This document shows positions 56,401 to 64,000 of a stretch of DNA of 64,000 bases, piece after piece. The DNA lies in assembly GCF_006345805.1 (NCBI RefSeq), contig NC_043010.1:56482001-56546000 (forward strand), written 5' to 3'. Position 1 is the stretch's first letter, and each line of letters opens with the position of its first letter. The notes under the pieces were generated by a model. The model searched no databases. It was not told where the DNA came from and worked only from the letters and a program-made list of their open reading frames with translations. The position numbers and the translations under genes are program-made. The stretch is from Octopus sinensis. Lineage: Eukaryota.

Positions 56401-57986
56401 ATCACGTAGTATAGCATATATATGTGTATGAGGTGTATTAAATAATACACCGTATTACTTTATTGTTACCGGACAAAATGCTTAGCGACATTTCTTTCAA
56501 CTTTATGTTCTGAATTCGAATTCCGCCAGGGTCGACTTTGCCCTTTATCCTTTTGTGGTTGATTGAATAAATACTGGTCGAGTTCTGGAGCAGATTAAAT
56601 CGATTTGCCTTCTTGAAATTTCTTGTGCCAAATATTGAAATCCGTTTGATATATATATATATATGTGGTGGGGGTAGATGGATGGATGGGTGGTCGGTCG
56701 GTCTTTGATCGGCTGCCATAGATGCCCTGAGTATGTCCACCCTACACGGTCCTCCCAAGCCTGACCAAGATTTTCTGTACAAGACCCTCACTTGATCCTT
56801 ATACTTCTCCCCTATTTCTGCAGTGCAAACCTCCCTATCATCGCAGACATTACCAGCTGAATGCCCTGTCCTCACCCTTCAGTCCAGTAGAAATCTGCAG
56901 CCCTTATTAACGACATTTCTGAAATCTGTGAACAATTGACAAAGAAATCTCCTGAGAAAATTTTTCACGTTTAATGGATATTTTTTCTTTCCATTATTAA
57001 TCAAAATGTATAAAAGAAGGAACGAAATAATTTATGAACAAACTCTCCCGTCTTCTTTTGCCTCTCTCCCTTTACCTCTCTCTCTCTCTCTCTCATTTCT
57101 GTCTCTCTGTCTTTATCTCTCTCTCTTTCTCCCTTTTTCTCTCTATCTCCCTCTTTCTCTCTTTATCTCCCTCATTTCGCTCTTTTTCTCTGTATCTCTC
57201 TCTCTCTCATCTCCCCCCCTCTCTCTCTCTGTTCTCTATTTGATATTTCCAACAATGGAAGCCAAGCAGAGCAAAGTCGATCCAAGCGACTTCTCTCCTC
57301 CGTTTTCCTTTCCAAGATGCTGGATCGAAGCTCAAATTGAACCAGTCTTAACTTTTCTACTTTTGCCTATTTTCAGTAATCCTTTGTGAATGTGTGTTCT
57401 ACTCACTGAACCTCGTACGATTACCCAAATAAAAAAATCCTTTCCATCCGAATTATCCCCCTGTCCCCCATGCTCGGACTAGACTTCACCTGTATCGATC
57501 ACACAGTATCGATCACACAGGTATTGGAGAGCGTGAGGTCATTGCTTAGGATTTTTTCACAGTGATTTTTAAAAGTATGTAAAAGATAATTCATTTCAAT
57601 CATCTGCTCTTCTGTTGATAAATGTTTTTCCTTACAAATCCACGCTCACAGTCGCTTGGTGCAATTGTGAAGGCCGAGAGAAAGTATTTATAAAAACTTC
57701 TTTTTTTTGCTTAAATCCCAGCAATGGACCGGCCTTGGGTGCATCGTCATTCCATTTGATGTCTTTATGGAGAGAAAAATATTGAAAAACATTAATACAT
57801 GTCAAAGTGACCAAAAACCGAGGAAGGTATCAGGTGGTCGTGGGGGTGGTAAAAACAACAGCTCAATCTTCCTTAAATCTCACACCTTTTAGTTTGGAAA
57901 ATTATTTTGAAATTATAAACAGAAGTAAATGGCAAATTCGAGCAGTCCGTATTTTAAAACAATGATTATAAAAGACATTTCCATCA

Positions 57987-58216
57987 AGGAGTTTCATAAC
58001 AACATGCAACTAACTCGCCTCACCGTATATATCTCAGCTGCCTAACACAGGTAGAATGTCAATTAATAAAGGTGTAAACCAATGTCCAACACATGACGTG
58101 GGGGAGGACGGCTCTCGTTCAATTTAAGGGTCATTGCTGATTTTATTTATTTAAAGGTTCCCTGCCTCCCTGCCCCCTAATTACACCCATAAAAGGGATT
58201 AGATTGTATTTCTTCT
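57987..58216 (+). repeat. About 230-bp diverged direct repeat, copy 1 (copy 2 at 59575-59811)
   Basis: cataacaacatgcaactaactcgcc...ggtgtaaaccaatgtccaacacatg...ggctctcgttcaattta...gatt.tatttcttct occurs twice with scattered substitutions. Confidence 0.85.
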
Positions 58217-58513
58217 GTTAATGAGGCCCACTTTTAGAGGGAGAGAGAGAGAGAGAGAATGAAAGATAGAGAAAGAAGGAGGGAGAGAGAGAGAGAACGC
58301 GCGTGTGTGTGTGTGTGTGTGTGAGTTAGTGGTTGTATTCTCAGGTGTTGATGTGTGACGACAGTTATGTACCTGAACAGGTGTATCCCTTCACATGTCA
58401 TCGATACCCAATGGTAGGATTTGGCTTCTGCTGTTACCATGACAACCCATTACATGTTGGTACAAGTCGATTGTCGATTAAATCGAACTCCGTACTTGAC
58501 TGGTACTTTATTT

Positions 58514-58930
58514 GATCAAACTAAAGTGTTTGATCCGAGCAAAAAAAGACATGTAGTAAACGAATATGGAAAAAACAATGCGCGCTGGCGAACGGGGGGG
58601 GGGGATCGGAAAATTCGCACCGGGAATGTTCCGAGTCCTCTCATCATTTCCCCATCCGTCCATGAAATTCTTTTTTCTTCATATTCGTTTACTACACATT
58701 ATTTTACACCTAGTACACTATTTTTTTTTTAATTAGTGACGGGTGTTAACGTTGAGTTTTCGGATCCTGGGAATTTTCCGAGTCCTCTACCTCGCCCCCC
58801 CCCCCCGTTCGCCAGCGCGCATTGTTTTTCTTCATATTCGTTTACTACCTGTTGTTTTACACCTATTACACTTCTTTTTTTCTGCTCAGCCCAAACACCT
58901 TACTTTCGGGTCAAACACTTTCGTTTGACC
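58514..58930. mobile_element. 417-bp non-autonomous DNA transposon (MITE) with 8-bp TSD
   Basis: TSD ctttattt at 58506-13 and 58931-38. 25-bp TIRs with 3 mismatches. Internal inverted repeat at 58553-58604 and 58795-58848. Interrupts a SINE-like sequence. Confidence 0.8.
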
Positions 58931-59149
58931 CTTTATTTTATGAACCCTCGTGGAATAAAATGTGAAGCTGACCTCCGCAGGATTTGAAATCAAAGCTTTT
59001 AGCAGTCACAAAAAAATACGGAGAGATGTTATATTCACTCGGCGCCGTATTTATTTAACAATTTAACTGTAATAAATTGGAATTTCTGTGTCTTTAGAGG
59101 GAAAATGAATGAACAGGTGAAGATTACCATTCAGGGGAGACAAGTGTTA

Positions 59150-59177
59150 GTCATGTGACGTTTGACGTCACTTCCGT
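59150..59177 (+). promoter_or_regulatory. Compact promoter motif cluster: GTCATGTGAC (USF/MITF-TFE-type E-box), TGACGTCA (CRE), CACTTCCGT (ETS-like)
   Basis: Motifs at 59150-59159, 59163-59170 and 59169-59177, in a locally CpG-rich stretch immediately before an ATG exon with a strong donor. Confidence 0.65.
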
Positions 59178-59188
59178 CTCTCCCCATC

Positions 59189-59292
59189 ATGTCGTCCTAC
59201 TTGTTGTCCAGGGTTTCTCTCAATTGTCGTCGTCTCCCGCGATATTTCTTCAACTCGACCAAACTAAATCCACCCGGATTCACACTTATTAG
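59189..59292 (+). CDS. Probable first coding exon of a nuclear-encoded mitochondrial protein
   Basis: catcATG context and consensus donor AG|GTAAGT at 59293. Peptide MSSYLLSRVSLNCRRLPRYFFNSTKLNPPGFTLI is Arg/Ser/Leu-rich with no acidic residue. Downstream exons were not identified. Confidence 0.6.
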
Positions 59293-59574
59293 GTAAGTCC
59301 ACAAACCTTCGATTCACATTTCATTGCCGACATCATACCAAGCCGATCGACCTGCTAGAAATAGCAACCAAATCACATCCTATTGTCTTTAAAGAAAACA
59401 AGGAGAACATTAAATAATGTATTCCTTGGTGTACTGTGTCTGAAGAGACTTGATCGTCATGGTTGGAACGCCATTGATCATATGTCTGGTCAATCGGGGC
59501 TGACCTGGTTAAACAAAGAAGGACATCGATGGAAAACGGGATGGTCATTGTTGGAACGCTTACTCTGACTGGTC

Positions 59575-59811
59575 AGGAGTTACATAACAACATGCAACTA
59601 ACTCGCCCCACCGTATCTATCTCAGGTGTCTAACACAGGTAGAATGTTAATTAATGCAGGTGTAAACCAATGTCCAACACATGGCGTGGGGGAGGGGGGA
59701 GGCTCTCGTTCAATTTAAAGGTCATTGCTGATTTTATTTATTTAAAGGTTCCCTCCCTCCCTCCCTGTCCCCTAATTACACCTATAAAAAGGGTTTAGAT
59801 TATATTTCTTC
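59575..59811 (+). repeat. About 230-bp diverged direct repeat, copy 2
   Basis: Aligns by eye with 57987-58216. Confidence 0.85.
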
Positions 59812-62800
59812 TTTGACCCCTTATTTCCAACCTTTCTTTTCTCAGCGTGTTTAGATTTGTTTACGTAATACTATCTCCCCCCCTCCTCTTTGTGTGTGTT
59901 CATACACACACACACACACACACACCCTGTATTATACACAGTGACTTGTGCCCTTGAGAAAGGGTGTGAACGTCCCAAGTACCTGCCCCTCCCCCCACCC
60001 GTCCTATCGTTGACCTCAGTGAATGATGAAATCAGGATGTTTCTTCTTCAATGCCTCTCACTCCGCTCCAGGAGTTCCTAATTAATTTAATGCCCACCAC
60101 GTGTATTTCTCGAATTATCCATGTCTGACTAATTCCAGAAAAAATATCTCAAACCTATTTTATGTTGTTGTAGATTTATTTCATTAATATCGTTCTTTTA
60201 AAAGTGGTTTTATTTCCATTCCTTGGTGTTTCTATAAATCGTGTCGTCATTGTTGGTTACAACTCCTCTATTTATATTTTAATTAATTGTCTCATTCTGT
60301 GGCCGTATTTCCCCGTTCACCGCCGCAACCCTAACACCCACCCACTTCGGCCCCAAACCAAATTATTATCTCGCTGTCGGCATAGACCCCACAATGGCCA
60401 GTTTGGGATGGGTTTCGAACCGAGACACTTCGTTGTTTTTTTCCCTTAATGTCCGATTATCAACTTGATCTCATTCTGTAAATCGTGACCAGGCGCTAAG
60501 GGTCACTCAGCCATTTCTACGCCTTTCAGTTTTTTTTATTTGAAATTCTCTGAAAATCATTTTCAAACATATCTGATTCATTTTCACGTAGTCGCAGATG
60601 CTCGAATGCGTGAAAATGTGTCCTTTTAAGCGTTTCAACCGTGACCATCCCGACTTTTCAGAGCGTTCCAGTTGTGGTCATCTCGTCTTTTAAAACCTAT
60701 CCAGCCATAACCTTCTCGTCGTTTTTAAGCCCTAATCTTCCTTACGTTACATCCTACCATGGTTTCAGTTAAAAGATATCATGAATAATGTAGTGTGGGG
60801 CACATCACTCTTGGTAATTAGATGGGATAGTCATGAATGGATTGCGGTACTGGATCAAAGTTGACCAATGGCTAAACAACAACAGCTGTTTTCTTTAGGT
60901 GGAGATTTATGTCTATTTCTAGCAAACCATATGACCACCTAGAGGATTCCTCATTAACTGAGATGAGTTGTTATTTAACCCCAGGTCAGCTCTCATCCAG
61001 CAGCTCCATGATCAAACATACTCTACCCATGTCCATTCCCCTCTTATATTTTTCAGGTAATCATTTAAAATAATGGTTGTTCATTATTTCTTTTGATTCC
61101 TACCATTTTGAGGGTCCTCTCCCTCCCCTCGCAACTCATTCAATCACAGGCTTCTTTCTTTCACATATCATTCCTCTTTTTTATTCTCTCAACTCATTCC
61201 TCCTCTCTCATTCCTCCTCTCTCATTCCTCCTCTCTCATTCACTGAAGCAGATTTCCTGCATTTCTTTTCTGCCAAATCTTCCACATTTAAGGCCATGAC
61301 CTGCTAAAATGCAATATCGAACCATCGTCGTACCGTTTGTCTTTTACAGTGAGGCACAGGCCCCTTATTACTTCCTGCACACCCACAACTGCTGTGCGGT
61401 CATTTAATACCAGTTTTCTGTTTTGGTTCAGAAACTAAAAGAATAGTTCTGCCGTCGATCCTCAGATTACAACAGCTTCTCACCAATATCTTGGGTGATG
61501 AACTTGTGTCTTGACTAACGAACAAACAAGCTGGCTGTATCAGCAAGAGAGCATCAGTTGTTGCCTGGCTTCCACTCAGTACACCAGACCCTGCTCGGAT
61601 TTGTTAGGTTTTCACTTGAATTTCCTTTAGGGAAAATAGTTTCAGTTTACAAACATTTTAGGTGACACATCAGGAATGTATTAACTGAATGATGACGAAG
61701 GTGGTGAAGAGGAGGAGGAGGAGAAGGAGTCACGTCTTGATGTTCGCCAACTGCCCAACCTCTCCATTCTGACTACAAGAAACAGCACAATGTCATCAAC
61801 CATTCACAAACAAAAAACCACAACTGTTTTACTGATCTCTCTACACCTGTCTCCTCCTTAATATTGAACATCTTCAGGGATTTATCAATGGGACATCATT
61901 GCCACAAACCCTCAGATTCCCCTCCCCCCAAATAAGAGATACTCTGGTTTCGAAACTGATGGGAGTACATACTTTCTAAAGGGTGATGCCATACTTAACA
62001 ACCAGAGCAACATCTTAACGGAATTTACACCTGTCTCTCTTGATGTTGCTGTCTTTGGTAAAATTCTTGTGAAGCAACAATGACCTGACTGTATTTCAGC
62101 CACTACAAGAATGGACAATATTTCTTCTTCAAACATCCAGGAATTTAAAACAGAGAATAATTCAGTGAAACTTGAACCAAAAAGATTAAAATCCTTGTTA
62201 ATTACCAATTAATTAGCAATACTGAACAACCACAGTAATTACCAGGCTCGTTTGGTTACTCAACTCTAAAAACGGTTTTTTTCCCTCAACTTTCTCTTTT
62301 GCCAGACTTACCTGAAACCCTTCTTCTCATCTAAACTGAGGCTTCTGCAATGACACTTTCAGGTGTCTTCTTCTCTCGACCAAAAAACTTTGGTCGGCCA
62401 CCACCCCTACCAAACAGACTGTTAGCAAATGGGGAACCTTTTGACTTTTTGGCCATGTCCCACACTGATCGACAAGCAGGATGGAGGAGGGCAGCTGTGG
62501 AAGGAACCTATGGAAAAGGTAAACCGAGGAAGACATGGGATGAGGTGATGAAGCATGCTCTTTGAATGTGGGGCCTCATGGAGGTGATGACAAGTGACCA
62601 TGATCTCTGGTGATGTGCTATGTGTGAGAAGACTCACCAGGCCAAGTGAAATCGTAGTTGTGGCCATGCTGGTGCCATGTAAACGGGACCTGTCCATCGT
62701 AGTTGTGGTCATTGCCGGTGCCATGTGAATGCCACCCATGACTTTTAGTAAGAGTAGTTTTCTCCTCATCGGCCACAGACAACACTGCGAGCTGAATGAA

Positions 62801-64000
62801 GAGATTACCTCTCTTCTGCTTTTCCAGTCACCGTACAGTGACTGGCAGCTCACCGTCAGTAAATTACAGAGCAGGGAGCACTAAGCAGTGAGGAGTGTCT
62901 CATATGTTTGGAATTAAAACCAGGATTCTCCCCTCTTTCTTAAACCAAACTTATCAAGTCCCCACAGCTATTTCTATGTCTCTGTATCAACTTCAAAACT
63001 CATCCACCCTCATCTGATGACTTCTTCTACTTGTCTATGTTTTAAGGATAAAGAGTGAATGTTTCCTATCACGTCCACAGTATGATGTCTCCAACGGACT
63101 TTCGAGGACAATAATTTTGCTTAATCCTTCCGCATTCACTTTATTCTGTCAAATGAAAATGCTTATTTAGTCACATTGTTTTGAATTAATTGTGCGTTAT
63201 CTCAAAGCTTTGAGATTTTGATGATGTGAATGTTTACTTTTAGAATGACATTGTAGGATAGGTGTGAGAAACCAGATCTGGCCAGTTTGAAAGAAAAACA
63301 ATATTTTGACTGCACATGACCAGGAAGAACCTGTCAATGGAACTCTCATCTTCATCCATTTCCCTCGCTGGCTGGACAGCTGCACCAGGTTCCAGTGTCT
63401 GCTTTGGAATAGTTTCTACAGCCGGATGCTCTTCCTGACACCAACCACCCCACAGATTATGCTAGTTGCTTTTTATATGGCACCAACACCAACAGGGTCA
63501 CCGAGTAACTTGCAATGCAAAGACCTTTCAGCTGGAACGGAAGAGAAGTAGCTCTGTGCCAGTTGAGAGCTTAAAGTATGAAAGGGGGATAGATAAGGGT
63601 GTCTTATAGAAGAGATCCTTGGCTCCCCCAGTAAGAAACGAAGCAAGGGGAAGGAAAGTTTGAGTTTGAAAGATAGCTAGAGAGAGTGTGGAAGGGGTCC
63701 AGCTCTGTGGACATAAATAATGCTTGCCCTTCATTGTAGAAATGGAATCGGTCATCAACAGGACATTCTTTGCCTGGGTGGTTGTCTCAGTTTGAAGATG
63801 TTTTACTTGGGGAGTTTAGACCCTAATAATGAATAGAAACCAAAAGTGGATCCAGGTTAAATTAATTAACATTCCTCATCACCTGTCAAATACCCAAATT
63901 GAGACAGTTCTAATGAAAGACATAACACCCTCTGGACGACTGACCTCTACTTTGCTGACCTCTGACCTCTCTGTTAATCACATGAGAGACAAAGTCATTG

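Noticed and set aside
59942-59991. acttg...gaa-cg-tc-ccaagt resembling a hammerhead outline
   Set aside because: The CUGANGA core is absent and GAAA is incomplete.
61878-62057. Protein-like open frame (GIYQWDIIATNPQIP...) between AG and GT as exon 2 of the mitochondrial gene
   Set aside because: Its phase (1) does not match the exon-1 donor (phase 2), no family was recognised, and it may be decayed LINE sequence.

Overview
Very AT-rich, microsatellite-dense eukaryotic DNA. The SINE/LINE and simple-repeat content suggests an octopus or other coleoid cephalopod genome (inference). Nearly all ORFs in the supplied track are microsatellite artefacts. Real coding content has three parts. (1) Six GT-AG exons (22406-37925, +) splice in frame into a kinase-less FGF receptor-like protein, FGFRL1: 3 Ig domains, a TM helix and a 70-aa His/Tyr/Ser-rich tail. 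Its signal-peptide exon was not found. (2) A housekeeping-type promoter and probable first coding exon (59189-59292, +) of a gene with a mitochondrial-presequence-like N-terminus. (3) Transposon relics: RTE and CR1 LINEs, Tc1, DD37D maT-like, pogo-like, an 8-bp-TSD MITE and tRNA-type SINEs. Three things stand out. A perfect 658-bp foldback (9357-10014) carries a canonical type I hammerhead ribozyme on each strand, and several more Penelope-type hammerhead remnants lie nearby. A 48-bp VNTR has amplified the FGFRL1 Ig2 splice acceptor 11 times, with an in-frame stop behind every upstream copy. There are also several other recent foldback or template-switch structures.
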